Origin: Azolla caroliniana
Lineage: Eukaryota; Plantae; Polypodiophyta
Length of the DNA stretch: 39,141 nt
Direction of reading: 5' to 3'
Assembly: GCA_043228905.1 (NCBI GenBank)
Contig: JBHGNT010000290.1
Span: 1-39,141, forward strand
Shown here: in pieces, positions 10,888 through 22,489 of the stretch
Layout of the letters: every line of letters begins with the position of its first letter
Numbering within the stretch: the first letter of the stretch is position 1
Program-made: the position numbers and the translations under genes
Notes under the pieces: generated by a model
Seen by the model: the letters and a program-made list of their open reading frames with translations, nothing else
Told to the model about the DNA's origin: nothing
Database searches by the model: none

Positions 10888-13800
10888 TCACCCGTCGCTC
10901 TCCGAAACTTCACCTGCTCCGAACCGGTTGTCATCGTCGTCCTCGCTTCCCGGGTCCGGCTCGTCTTCATGCCGCTTCTTGAAAGCCTTGATCCTCTTCC
11001 CGGCTACCGGCACCGCTATCCACGTCCTGTCGAACTCCACAAGGTGGTAAGTACCATTGTCATTTGCGCTCGTTACAATGTAGGGCCCGAACCACCTCCT
11101 CGCAAACTTTTGCGCCACCTTGTGGTAATTGTCAAGGCTGCTGTCGTAAACCAACACCCAGTCACCTTCCTCGATCTTCTTCGGCCGTAGTCGGTGCGTT
11201 CGGTCGAACCGGCCTTTTTCCTTACCCTTGCTCCATGCAGCTTCGCCTTTGCCTGCTCCACGTCCTCCGGTCTTCGCTCAAGCTGACAAATCTGCGCTGC
11301 CAGAAGCTCTTCCCGACTCATCTCGTCTCTCCAGTTCACCGCGTCCCATGAGGAGATTGTCCGTTCAATCGGCATGACCGGCTTCTACCCGTACATTAGC
11401 TCCGCTGGCATGAACCCGATTACCGAACTATGCATAGTTCGGTCTGCCCATAACGCATAAGGTAGAAGCCACGCCCAGTTCCCAACTTGTCCTCCGCATG
11501 CCCGCACCAACGCTTTTACGATCGTCCCGTGCCCGCGCTCCACCTTCCCGTTTGCCTTTGGATTGTACGCCGTAGTGAGGGATTGCTTAACCCCTAATCG
11601 GTCGAACAACTCTTTGGCTTCCTGCGCATCCAACTCTCCCCGGTCAACTACTATCTTTCCTACGCAACCGTACCGGCATACCACCTCTTCGATCAGGAAC
11701 CGGCACACTGCCGCGGTCGTCTTGTTGTGTAGGGTGCGGCCCTCCACCTGATTCGTCAAGTCCTCCTGCGCAAGCACCAGGTACTGCATCTGCCCTACCC
11801 CCATCAACATCGTCACTAAGTCCACCATCCACTTGAAATGGACGGGTGGCGGGTAGGTCGGGTGTAGCTCGTCTCGATGTCGGATCGCGGAGTGCATTTG
11901 GCAGCTCTCGCACGTTGTTACGAACTGGTACACGTCTCGGTATAGCCCTAACAACCAATACTTCTCCTTTAGCTTTTTGAATGTGGCCCATGTCCCGCGG
12001 TGTCCTGCCCAAGGACTCTCGTGATGCGGCATCAACAACGCCTCTTGCTCTTCCTTCCCCCCCACTACGCGGAGTGGAATGCCGCCTCTCTTTTTTGGGA
12101 GCTTCCATATGTCCGCATCCCGTAGGAAGAATCGGTACGACTTCTTCCGGATTCAGTTAGCCTCTTCCTTCGTCCACGCCGTGTCCGACGCCAACGTCCT
12201 CAAGAACCGGCGGATCTGGAGCCACTCCCCATCGTACTCCCCCTTGTTGAACTCGTTAAGCGTTGGAGTGTTCCCTGCCTTCGTTGTCACGTAAGCGGAC
12301 TCGAAGAAGTCCACGCCGACTTCTTCGTCCTCCGAAACCATGCCGTCCTCATCGTCATAGCATGCTTTAGAAAGCATGTCCGGCATGGTGTTGTCTTTCC
12401 CGGAAATGTGCTATATTTCCGGATTCAAGGACTTAATGTACACGATCCACCTGAGCATTGCCAAGTCCGGCGTCGTGCATCAGGAAACCATACCAAGGAT
12501 CGACAGGCAGTCTGTCTCGATTATCACCTCTGTCCCGATCAAGTAGTCTTTATCGGCCTTGACCGCCGAAACGATACCCCAGAGTTCGCGTTTAACTTGG
12601 GTGTATCCTCGCTATCCCTCACTCAGCACCTTCGCTTCGAACTGGAAGGGCAACCTCGTGCTGCTTTTGTCCTCTTGGTTGACCACCCATCCTATGTCAG
12701 TCGGGCTCGTGTCTACCGTTATGTAGATTGGGACGTCATTGCCGTAAATCGCTTTCCGGAGCGCCGATGCCACGGTTAGCGCCTCCTTCAGTCTACAAAC
12801 CAACTCCGCATGCTCCTTGCCCACTCGAATTTACGCCTCTTCTTCAGCAACCCGTAGAGCGGGTCCGCGACGTGTGCGTAATGCGGAATCTAGATATGGT
12901 AGAACGTGCAGGCACCCAAGAACCTCCGCACCTCCATAACCGACTTGCATTCTTCCTTCATTACGGAGATGGCCTCTACCTTCGTGAGAGACGGTTTCCA
13001 GCAGTAAGGCCCGCACAAGTGTCCGACCACTAGGATCTCCGGTTGCCCGAAATCCGACTTCTCTCCGGAGAAGGTGAGCCGCGCATCCTCTAGCCTTTGC
13101 AACACCTTCTCGTAGTCGCCGATGTGGTGCACTATGAATCTTTGGCATCCGTCCAACCCAATCGTTTCGTCCTTCTCTCCCACCAGACACCCCTTTATCG
13201 GTATTTCGTCCAAGAATGACATGGTGATGTCCGGGATGCAGTCCCTCAACACCTTGTTCATTGCGTTCACCATGTGCGCCACCGAGTTGGTCCCTCCTTG
13301 CAGCAGGGTACACATTCGTACTAGCCCGAGAGGAGTCCGCATCGTCGTAATGTCCCTACTTTCCACGACTAGTTGCAACTGATCGTACCCTGAGTACAGA
13401 TCCCCAACCGAATAGATCGAGCTTCCGGTGAGGGCCTTTGTGAACTCGTCAATGGTCGGTCTGATACTTGCGTTTCGGATGGTCACCTTGTTGACCGGCT
13501 GCAGGTCCTGAATGAAGTGCAGCGTGCCATTCTTCTTTGGCACAGTAAACTAGCGATTCAAATATGGGGCACTCGACGACTCGAGAATGCCCATCTCCAC
13601 CTTCTGCTTCAACAGCTCCATCAACTTCGGGATGTGAGCCCTGGGCACCGGAATCGGCTTGAGATTCCATGGCACATGCGGTACCGTGAAGATCACCATT
13701 GGTTCCATGATCTTTGGGTCTACGCACTCGATCTCCCCCGGCGTGAATGCGAAGGCCCTCTCGTGCCTTTCGAGCATTCTCCGAAACCGGTCCTCCTCTG

Positions 13801-16800
13801 TCGGTAGTAGAAAGCCACCCCCGCCGACCTTGATCTCCCGTAGCATTATGTCGATGAACCAGTGTCCTATGCCGGCCAGATTCCATAAACTTGGGTCCGA
13901 CGCGACCCCCTTTTTCCTCTCCCCGCTGCCCTCCGGCAAGGGTGCCGCGACTGGCCTCACCTTTCGGTCCATAGTCTTGTATTTTATATCTACGCAGGCC
14001 GTCCGATCCGACCTAACCCTTTCCTCGAAGTTGGCAATGACTTCGTACATCTCCACTGAGTTGACCGGAATCACCCGGTCTTCACTAAGGCCCTCATCGA
14101 CCACCTTTCCCATTTCCCCTAGGGCGTCGTCGAAAGAGACCGCCTCCATGGTGTCGTGAAGATCCTTCACTACGTGCAGATTGTGAGGCCGAACCGCCGG
14201 GGTTTTGGACTGGAAGGATTCGAAGTTTGCACAAGCTTTAGCGAGAAAGTATTTAAGATAGATTGAAAGAGAGAGATTAAGATAAGATAGAACACTTGAC
14301 TTTAGATTGAGAGAGAATAAGATTGAATTCTTGACTTTAGATTTGAAGAACAAGATTGATACATCAATTGGATAATGAGTTTCTTACTTTTAATTTCTTG
14401 ATTAATACATCGCTCCCCCCTTTGATCTTTTTCATCCAGTCTTTTATAGATACTCCCATGCATATGATGCATGTGGGGGTACAAGACATGCATAAAATGC
14501 ATGATGCATGTTTGCCATTTGGTGCTCATGCATTACATGTGATGATGCATTACATGTGATGCATGATAACCATGTCACTCGTTTAAGCTCTCATATGAGA
14601 ATTTCCATGTAAAAATATAATCCCTAAAGAAATGATTTGGCTTAATGTTAAGCTTGTTGCTTCTTATCTCGAAGGTGTAAATTTCGAGTCTTGCTTACAT
14701 CTTTTTCTTTTATGCACAAAATACTATTAGGCCTTTGGACCAAATATCTTTAAGACACCATGCACCGCAATCAACTGACCCGACCGATCCGTCCGATTTG
14801 CATCTGTTTGGTCCGGCCCAATCCGCATCCCGATACGGTTCGGTCCGCATCCCGAGTCACTTGTCGGTCACCAGCCGGTCGCTGGTTCTACCGGATGTCG
14901 GTCCTGTCGCCGGATATCGGTCACAGGTTGTTGCCGGTTTTGGTTGGCCAAAACATTTAAAAGTAGGTAGGCCACACCCACTCATCCAATTAGCTTAGTT
15001 CAAGTCACCTTGGACTCTCTATGCTCCACATAGAGACACAAAGATAATAGCTTTTGCTCTGCCTTATATATGGTAAGATCCTTATTTGTCCTGTCTATGT
15101 GGGATATCTCACAGTTTTATCTTTCTCTTTTCGTTTGCAAACTTTTCTACCCACATAACTTGAGACTTAGATGTCCGTTTCTTATGTAGTAAAGTGCATT
15201 CGAAAACTCTTGAAGACCTCCATCTTTTTGTACTAAGATATTAAACTTATTTAAAATAGTATTTTCACTATTATTGTTTTATATGATTCATACTCGATTT
15301 CGTATCTTTTATGTGACTTTCACACCATTGCCGAAAATCTTCACGACAACGACGCTGCTAATTTCTTCGTCGAGGTTGAGGACTCCGCACTCTTTGAAAC
15401 GTTCCTCGTCCCTCTTCTTCTCCCGGCCACCGACGTCGACTATCGTACAACCTCTATTGTCGGAGACCCAAAACTTCCTACCTATAGTACACTTGTGGGG
15501 TTCTGGTGGAGTGTCCGGACTATCACGGCCCCACGCCTTGATAGCCCGCTCTAAAAATCCCATCGGCTGTTGCCGTCGAGGGTCTCGCGGTTATGCTTAT
15601 GGTTCGGTTGCACTATCAGACATTGGATGGAGTGTCACCCATCTTGGCCTTTTATGTGTGTGTATGTCGCACCATTATCCAACACCTTTGTCTCCATGCG
15701 TGCCGTCGTAATGTACGGTTCACCGAGTATCACCGCGTGCGAGGATGTCTCTTGCACGAAGAAGTGCTGATCAATCTCTACATCACCGATTTTCACACGT
15801 ACATTCGGGCAGGCCTCGTGTAGCTCCTCCGTGGCGCGCGTCACCGTGTGTATCGTCCACCCATGCTTGGTGTTGATCGACCATTTTCCCTTCTTATAGA
15901 AGTCCATAGACATCAAGTTGATCTCCGACCCGTGGTCGATCAACGCCACTACCGGCTCCTCGATGTCCCCAACCCGAACAGGGGTTTCCGTAGTAGCCGT
16001 CGCTCAACACAACTTCGAATAGTGGCTCGCCGCCAAATCGTCTTTCATGGCCACGTCCTCCAGGTGCGTTGTTTGCACCTCCACCGTCTTCTCTGGCTCT
16101 GGCTCGGGCTCCGTTGAGAGTCGTTTACGCTTCACCAAGTCCACGATGGAATCGTGGAACTCCTTCTTGGCGATCTCGAGCACCTCCCTTAGCGACAAAT
16201 CCACCTTGCTATTGAGAATCTGCTCCTCGAGGACCTTCCGTAGGTCCGTCGTCCTTTCGATTTCGGTGCCCAGCGGGTAACTGGTCGGCCTTGTTTTGTC
16301 TGCCATGCCGGAATTGCCGACTTCATTCCTCTTCGGCCCGAACCGGGTCTTGTACCGATTCGGGGCCGTGGTCCCACCGAGCTTCCCTGCCCTCTTATCA
16401 TCCACCAGAACATCGTAGTTCTGGCACGCGGCTTCCACGAAGCCGGTCTTCTCCTCTACCGTGTTGTCCCACCCGGTGACCTCCCGGACCCACTGCTCCG
16501 CACGGTTCGCTTCTTCCCTCTTCAATCATGCGCCGGAGAGGCCTTCTAGCACCAAGGGCTAGAAGCCAGAGTCTTTCGTTTTCCAGACTTCGTTACCTCC
16601 TACTCGAATTCCGGCAAATGCCGAATAATGGACCACCTCTGCATGGCGCGCCTCCGCTTCTTCCATTAATTGCTTCATCCCGCCATGTTCGAAATTTGTC
16701 TCCACGGCTCTCCGGGTATTACCAGCGTGCACCCGTCCGTTCCACAGGTACACCATATTACCCCTGAGGGCCTCAACAAACTCCACACAATCTCGCTAGC

Positions 16801-17668
16801 TGTGTCTGACCGCGTTGCACCACATACACTGTTGTAAAACCGGTGGCCTCCGGTCGCGTGGCTGCCCTCCACTGTCTCTCCGGGCCTGCACGATCTACAG
16901 GTCGTGCACCATTTGTGTCAGCTCCTCAAGAGCCGCTCCTCTGGATGGGCCCTTGACCACACTAGTCGAGGCCGAGCCAATCTCGAGCCAATCCCGAGTT
17001 TCCTTCTTTTGTGCCGGCGAAGGCTCATCAAACTTCCTTGCCAGGACGGGTCTCACCGTCAACGATCCCTCGTCGCCCCACTCACGTCGTTTGTCAAAAC
17101 GGTCGCAGACTCTCTTCACCATGGCCCAGTCGGTCATCAGCCTGTCATTTGTCTCCAGTAGGAGACCCACCTGATCTGATATCCCACGTGTCTACGACTT
17201 TGACAAACAACAAGACACGGCTCTGTCCAATGTCGAAAGCCGCGCGAAGCATTCTTTAAACTCCCGGAGAAGCGTTGGCACATTCCTCCCGTTTCCGGGG
17301 GTCTCCACCCAATCCAGGAAATCTCTCTTCGATAGCCGAAGCGCGTCATCAAGCCCGTACCTTTTGAGGAGCCGCCCCTCGAACTCTTCCCAGGTCCGGC
17401 ATCTGGCCTGCACCTCGAGCACCTCCGCGTGCATGCCGAGTGTTGCAAGCTGAGGGAATCCGGCCAGCCGCCTGTCCTCCGAAATGTCCCTCATCACCAT
17501 CTCGGCTCGATATGACACCAGATAGCTCATGGCGTTCTTCCCACTGAACTGGCCTATTGTGCTGACAATTGCTTCAATGGCCCTGTCGAGGGCGCCCGTG
17601 CCCTCGCGACCACTTACTATCCGATCCATTGCTGCCACCATGGCTTCGGCGAGCTCCGATCCCCTCAT
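10888..17668 (-). pseudogene. gag-pol: Element D gag-protease / RT-RNase H-integrase, disrupted, split by W
   Basis: gag 17668-16004, ALIDHGSEINL 15635-15949, RT 12890-14151 (VGDLYSGYDQ, FLDEIPIKG), RNase H ~12300-12820, integrase 11385-12065 (HH..H..CESC, VDLV, DRGE, NGKVERGH), WFGPY tail, no chromodomain. Confidence 0.9.
14152..15348 (-). mobile_element. Solo LTR W (Phygy-like) inside D
   Basis: 12-bp terminal IR TGTCGTGAAGAT..ATCTTCACGACA; TSD ATGG/ACGA (reconstructs to ACGG); removal rejoins D frame EEISS-(AV)EAVSFDD. Confidence 0.85.
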
Positions 17669-17691
17669 CTTCGACTCCTCTGCCTCCTTGT

Positions 17692-17709
17692 TTCACGTCG
17701 GGTTCACCA
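17692..17709 (-). promoter_or_regulatory. Primer-binding site, tRNA-Trp (element D)
   Basis: Same 18-mer as 10031-10048. Confidence 0.88.
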
Positions 17710-18089
17710 AATGATGTCGCGTTGTTCCGCTTTCGCGTAGGAAATAAGGCGGGACAGCGGTGTCGCGAAGATTTGCGTGTGTGTGTGCTACTCGAGCGAC
17801 CACCGGGGTCTTGGACTGGAGAGGATGTTTGCAGAATTATTGAAGAGATGACGATCAATGTAAGATTAGATGAAATTGGTTTAATTGAGAAGAAGAAAGA
17901 TTGTACACTTGAGAAGTAGAAAAATATGAAGAAGATAAAGAAAAATATAATTATATTGATGATAATGGTGTTGGTGATATCACATATTGAGCCCCCCTTA
18001 CACAAGCCCAACTGGAGGCTTTTATAGCTCTTTCCAATGTTGTGACATGCACAAAACCATGGGCTAAAACCATGGTTTTGTGCACACGG

Positions 18090-18711
18090 TGTCTTGAAGA
18101 ATACCGTCCCTTAGCGCAATCGGTGCATAGAGCGCGAGAACCGGCTCTTCACGCCTGCGCGCCCTTTAATGTATATAATAGAGAATTAGGTACAAAGGTA
18201 TATCCTAGGTAGTTAGATTCGGTAGGTAGGAAGTTAATGAGGGAAACGGCTCCCTTCTTGAAGCTATAAAAGAGAGGGAGACACGGGGAGAAAGGGATCG
18301 CGCATTGAGGAGGACGAAGTGCTGTCGGACAGAAACCGAACGCTTCTCCTCTGTTCGTGCTCCATCGCTCTTCTCTGCAGGTTTTCGGGAGGCTCGCACT
18401 GCTTCGAGGAACGCCCGTGTGCTTCCGGCAGCACCTCCATCCTATCCCCTTTCGTGCGCAGACGAGCAGGCATCGACATCTGTTCGCCGGCCTGTTCGGT
18501 TGTAACCGCTCGCGTGCTCTGTTGTTTATTTGTCATTCGTTAATATACAAACATTCGTGTCTCTCTGTCTCTGTGTCCATTCGTGTCTTCCGCGTTGACA
18601 GGCCGTGTCCCTGTGTTTCTTTGCTCATACGTAACCGGGTGTCTCTCTCTTTCTCTCCCCCCCCTTCTATCACCTGCTCTTCGGTTCAAGACCCCGGTGG
18701 TCCCGCCTCAT
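18090..18711 (+). mobile_element. LTR Y (distant relative of D LTR), 3'-truncated, inside X
   Basis: Starts TGTCTTGAAG after ACGG; TATAAAAG ~18265; shares CTGCTTCGAGGA..CCGTGTGCTTCCGGCA and GGTCCCGCCT with the D LTR. Confidence 0.7.
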
Positions 18712-18712
18712 T

Positions 18713-19383
18713 CGTGACGATTTTCGGCTATAGTGTGAAACCGAGTGAGACGAATAAACCAAGGATGTGCAACATTGCACATGCACTTAGCAAATAAACG
18801 TAAGGCCTAGTGGCACTTGAGTTCATACAGAGGGGTGCAAGCAAGGTTTGAACCTTGCACCTCTAAGATACAAGATGATTGCCTTACCATTAGGACAACT
18901 ATCATATAGTGCAGATTTTATGTATTTCCTTTTTATCTACGAATTATAGATGAAACAACCATAGAAAACCATGTGCACAAAACCATGGTTCTAAACCCAT
19001 GGTTTGTGCATGACATAAGCAAAACCATGTGCACAAAACCATGGGCTAAAACCATGGTTTTGTGCACACGGTTTTGCTTATGTCATGCGCAAACCATGGG
19101 TTTAGAACAATGGTTTTGTGCACATGGTTTTCTATGGTTGTTTCATCTATAATTCGTAGATAAAAAGGAAATACATAAAATCTATACTATATGATAGTTG
19201 TCCTAATGGTAAGGCAATCATCTTGTATCTTAGAGGTGCAAGGTTCAAACCTTGCTTGCACCCCTCTGTATGAACTCAAGTGCCACTAGGCCTTAGGTTT
19301 ATTTGCTAAGTGCATGTGCAATGTTGCACATCCTTGGTTTATTCGTCTCACTCAGTTTCACACCGTAGTCGAAAATCGTCACA
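18713..19383. repeat. 671-bp inverted repeat (332-bp arms, 7-nt loop)
   Basis: Ungapped arms around loop GCTAAAA (19045-19051); about 11 mismatches by manual count. Confidence 0.95.
19193..19265 (+). promoter_or_regulatory. tRNA-like A-box/B-box module in X U3 (mirror copy on minus strand ~18831-18903)
   Basis: TGTCCTAATGGTAAGGCA then GGTTCAAACC (19242-19251) inside a GCAAGG/CCTTGC stem. Confidence 0.6.
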
Positions 19384-20310
19384 ACAGCGGGGCCTTGAAC
19401 TGAGGAGAAAGAGAGAGAAGAAGGCGGAGTGTGAGAAGACTGCAAGCACAAGCTGGTTAGGCCCGTTTGCCATTGACAGCGCTTGCCAACCGAATGAACC
19501 ACTAACGCGTAACTGAACAAGATGCACACTCGCATAAAGAGAGACACACAAAAACACAGAGAGAGGGAACACAAGAGGTTAGATTCCTATAACATCAAAG
19601 GTTACACTGTTTGCAAGATTACAACTGAATAGCCAGCGACAGACCCAACCCAGACAATCACACACCAACGCACACACCCAGTAGAGCCCTTGCCGGAAGC
19701 ACACGGCTTTCCTCGAAGCAGAGGCAACCAACTCAGAAAGCTGCAAAAAACAACGGTAGAGGAGGAGAGAGCTCGGTTCCCAGTTTGAGAACACCTTGTC
19801 CTTGCCAAAACGCGATATCCTTTTCATCTGTCTCCCCTTCCCTTTTATAGGCCACCGAGGAAGGACCGTTACATCCGGTGTCGTGAGAATCCGTCACTAT
19901 GTGCGGATCGTGAGACAGAACTGTTGGGGTTATGGACCGGAAGGAATAAGTACACACACGCACAACACAAGCAATTTTCACATGTAAGACAAGTAGGTGA
20001 GAGGAAACATTCGTTTATTGCAAAAGAAATCGATTCTTTATAAACTTAGAATCATGTTACAATGGATTGGATATGAATATAAAAGATCATTCTTAAAAAA
20101 GAAAGGAGAGGTCGAATATGAATAAGAGAGATTATTCTTGAAAGGAAGCAGCCAACAACAATGTAAGGAGTGGTCCGATATAAATAAGAGAGAGTTTTCT
20201 TCCCCAAGGCATGGGAGAGAGAAGAAGGGAAAAAAAAGTAGAGGGAAAAAATGGAACATATATCAAGCTCTTTGTTAATCCTCCTTCCCAATGTTACTTT
20301 GCATGTCCAG

Positions 20311-20427
20311 TTTTAGTTGCATGGCCTCTATTTTTAGTTGCATGGCCTCTACTTTTAGTTGCATGCTTCCATTTTTAGTTGCATGCCTTTTACTTTTAGT
20401 TGCATGGCCTTGGCTTTAGTTGCATGC
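20311..20427. repeat. ~21-bp tandem repeat x6 (TTTAGTTGCATG core) in Z
   Basis: Directly visible. Confidence 0.9.
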
Positions 20428-20696
20428 GACCATCCGTATAATTCGGCTAAATGACCCAATCATCCATAAAGTTTAGCCTGTGCACAATCCGTACGTGCGT
20501 CGCAACCAAATCGTAGACGCGTTCGCGCGCAAAAGTCTTGACCGCGCAGTGTACACATCCATGCACGCGCCCGTCCTGATTGCGCCGTGTACGCATCCGC
20601 ACACGCGCGCCCCGACCGCGCCGTGTAAGCATCCGCACGCTCGTCCGCACACAAGCACCTGTCCGAGCGTCCCACGAGGCCGTTGCAAGCTACGTT

Positions 20697-20912
20697 TGTC
20701 CGAAACGTCCACGCGACCGTGCACGCGTACACCCGAAACTTGCACACGCGCGTACGTCGATAACTTGCACACGCACATACGTCCGAAAACGTCCACACGG
20801 GCGTGCACACACGCACGTACGCCCGAAACGTCCACATGGTGGTGCATACACGCGTACGCCCAAAATGTCCACATGGTGGTGCATACACGCATACGCCGAA
20901 AACGTGCACACC
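20697..20912. repeat. Degenerate ~38-bp tandem repeat (GTCCACATGGTGGTGCATACACGCGTACGCCC..) in Z
   Basis: About 5 diverged units visible. Confidence 0.75.
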
Positions 20913-21430
20913 ACACCGTGTAGCCCAAGTCTCCTTGATATTCTGTGCTCCACACATTAATAGAATAAATATATTTTGGTTTCCCTTATATATGTTGGGT
21001 TCCAATGTTGTCCTATCTATGTGGGATTTCTCACAGTTTTGTCTTTTTTTTTTTTTTCTTCAAACTTTACACTCACATAACTTGGTACTTGTTTATTCGT
21101 TTCATGCGTAGTAAAATACGTTATAAAGCTCTTGAAGACATCTATAGTTCATATCAATACATTAAGCTAATCTTAAATAATTATTTTACTAGTTTTCATA
21201 TCGTGTGTGAAAAACCACACGACATTGGTCACATCACTTTTATTCTTTGTCCCTTCAGACAGAGATCCGCTTCGATTCACTAGCCTATTAATTTATACTC
21301 CCTAGGATATACACATAATGTCGGCCTATTCCTAGTTATGTACAGTGTGTTGGTTTGAGTGCACACGCGTAATTGCCGTTTCACGCGCCGAATTCCATGA
21401 TTCCACCTAAGGCCGGTTTTCTCCACGATA

Positions 21431-22296
21431 GCGTAATCGCAGATGGTGCAATGACAAGAAGCCGAGAAGACAAAATAAATGCGACATTGTCGCAAAAAGA
21501 ATTTTATTTGTAAAACAACCACTTACAATATTTATTTGCCAAAAGTTACTTGGCAAGACTTGAACTCACAAACTCTATTTGAGAAGAAGCGTTTGAGATA
21601 AACCATTCCAATCTCCTTGGTTTCTATTTATTTGTCTTTCTCTTTCACTTTATATATGCTAAATTTATATTACAAAATTTCATTACCAAAACTCATGACC
21701 TTTTGTTTACAAAGAGGCATCTGAGGTACACCTCTTTAACTTCTTCCTTTTCTTGTATTTTCTTTCTTTTCTTAACTCTTGTCTTGATTTATGCAAGCCA
21801 CCATCTTCTTTTGCGAGCTCTGCATCCCACACCCATGCAAGCTTCTTCACTTGCTTTTCCTTCCTTTTCTTCTCCTTCTCCTCTTTACCCCCTTTAGCCA
21901 CCATAGGTGTGGCTTATATAGGGTGGTAAACCGCCCTACCACCCTCTTGAGGCAGTTTGTCAACCGCCTCATGTAGGCAGTTATATTTATTATTTATTGT
22001 ATATTATTTATGTATTTATTTTTATTTATGTATTCTACAAATTCGATTTTGTAGTTATACATTTAAGAAATTAAAAAAATTAACCCTTATTTAATTTTGA
22101 CTCTCTCTTTTGACATAATTACATTTGTGTCCCTGAGTAAACATTAATCCTTCCGAAGCTTGTATCTTGGGCTCTTGAACTTCGATGCACGAACCGAAAA
22201 TTTGCATATGCTCCTCGTCACAAGCTCCATATGGGAAATTTCATTTTATAGATTTTTGACATTGTTTTCACATCGTGAAGTGTCAACTTCACGACA
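21431..22296 (-). repeat. Main part of C's 5' LTR
   Basis: Matches 4965-5563 and extends to the TGTCGTGAAG terminus at 22296. Confidence 0.85.
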
Positions 22297-22489
22297 CCGT
22301 AGCATCTCCGCCTTGTAGTTCCGCAAATAACGTGACACATCCTTCCCGTTGAATTGCCTGTTCCGTTGCACATCCCGCTCTACTACCGCCGCAATCTCTG
22401 ACATCGCATGTTGTTCTTGTAGCATTCGCTCGAACATTGTCATCATATTGTTAGCTTCTTGTTGATTTTCCATCTCCTTGCCACCGGGT

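Larger units (their letters stand above)
17761..19386 (-). mobile_element. LTR element X, rearranged, inside D's 5' LTR
   Basis: Terminal IR TGTCGCGAAGATTTGCG vs TGTTGTGACGATTTTCG (13/17); TSD GCGG (17757-17760, 19387-19390); minus-strand TATAAAAG ~18019-18026; Phygy-type U5 motif CAAGACCCCGGTGGTC. Confidence 0.75.
19879..21224 (-). mobile_element. Solo LTR Z (related to W) inside D's 5' LTR
   Basis: TGTCGTG..CACGACA termini; TSD CCGG (19875-19878)/TTGG (21225-21228); first ~65 bp and 21008-21200 are homologous to W. Confidence 0.83.
10078..21430 (-). mobile_element. Element D: structurally complete but degraded Phygy-like Gypsy in C's 5' LTR
   Basis: 3' LTR 10078-10813, PPT 10814-10825, PBS 17692-17709, 5' LTR in three pieces (17715-17760, 19387-19878, 21225-21430). 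TSD ACGT (10074-10077)/GCGT (21431-21434); the empty site AAACGCGTAATC is seen in C's other LTR at ~4961. Confidence 0.9.
4894..22296 (-). mobile_element. Element C: Phygy-like Gypsy with integrase deleted; 5' LTR split by D
   Basis: Termini TGTCGAGAAG..CTTCACGACA; TSD CTGT (4890-4893)/CCGT (22297-22300). LTR copies 4894-~5563 and 10053-10077+21431-22296; PBS 10031-10048. Confidence 0.88.

Noticed and set aside
13550-14353. 267-aa ORF as a novel fusion gene
   Set aside because: Chance read-through from solo LTR W into D's RT frame.
19193-19265. Functional tRNA genes (also 2337-2404, 24385-24452)
   Set aside because: Acceptor and anticodon stems do not pair; only the promoter boxes are retained.
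18713-19383. Palindrome as a MITE or foldback transposon
   Set aside because: No TSD at its ends; the arms are U3 of LTR X, whose TSD lies at 17757 and 19387.
20311-20912. CRISPR-like array or real ORFs in Z
   Set aside because: No unique spacers and a eukaryotic LTR context; the overlapping ORFs come from low-complexity GC-rich repeats.
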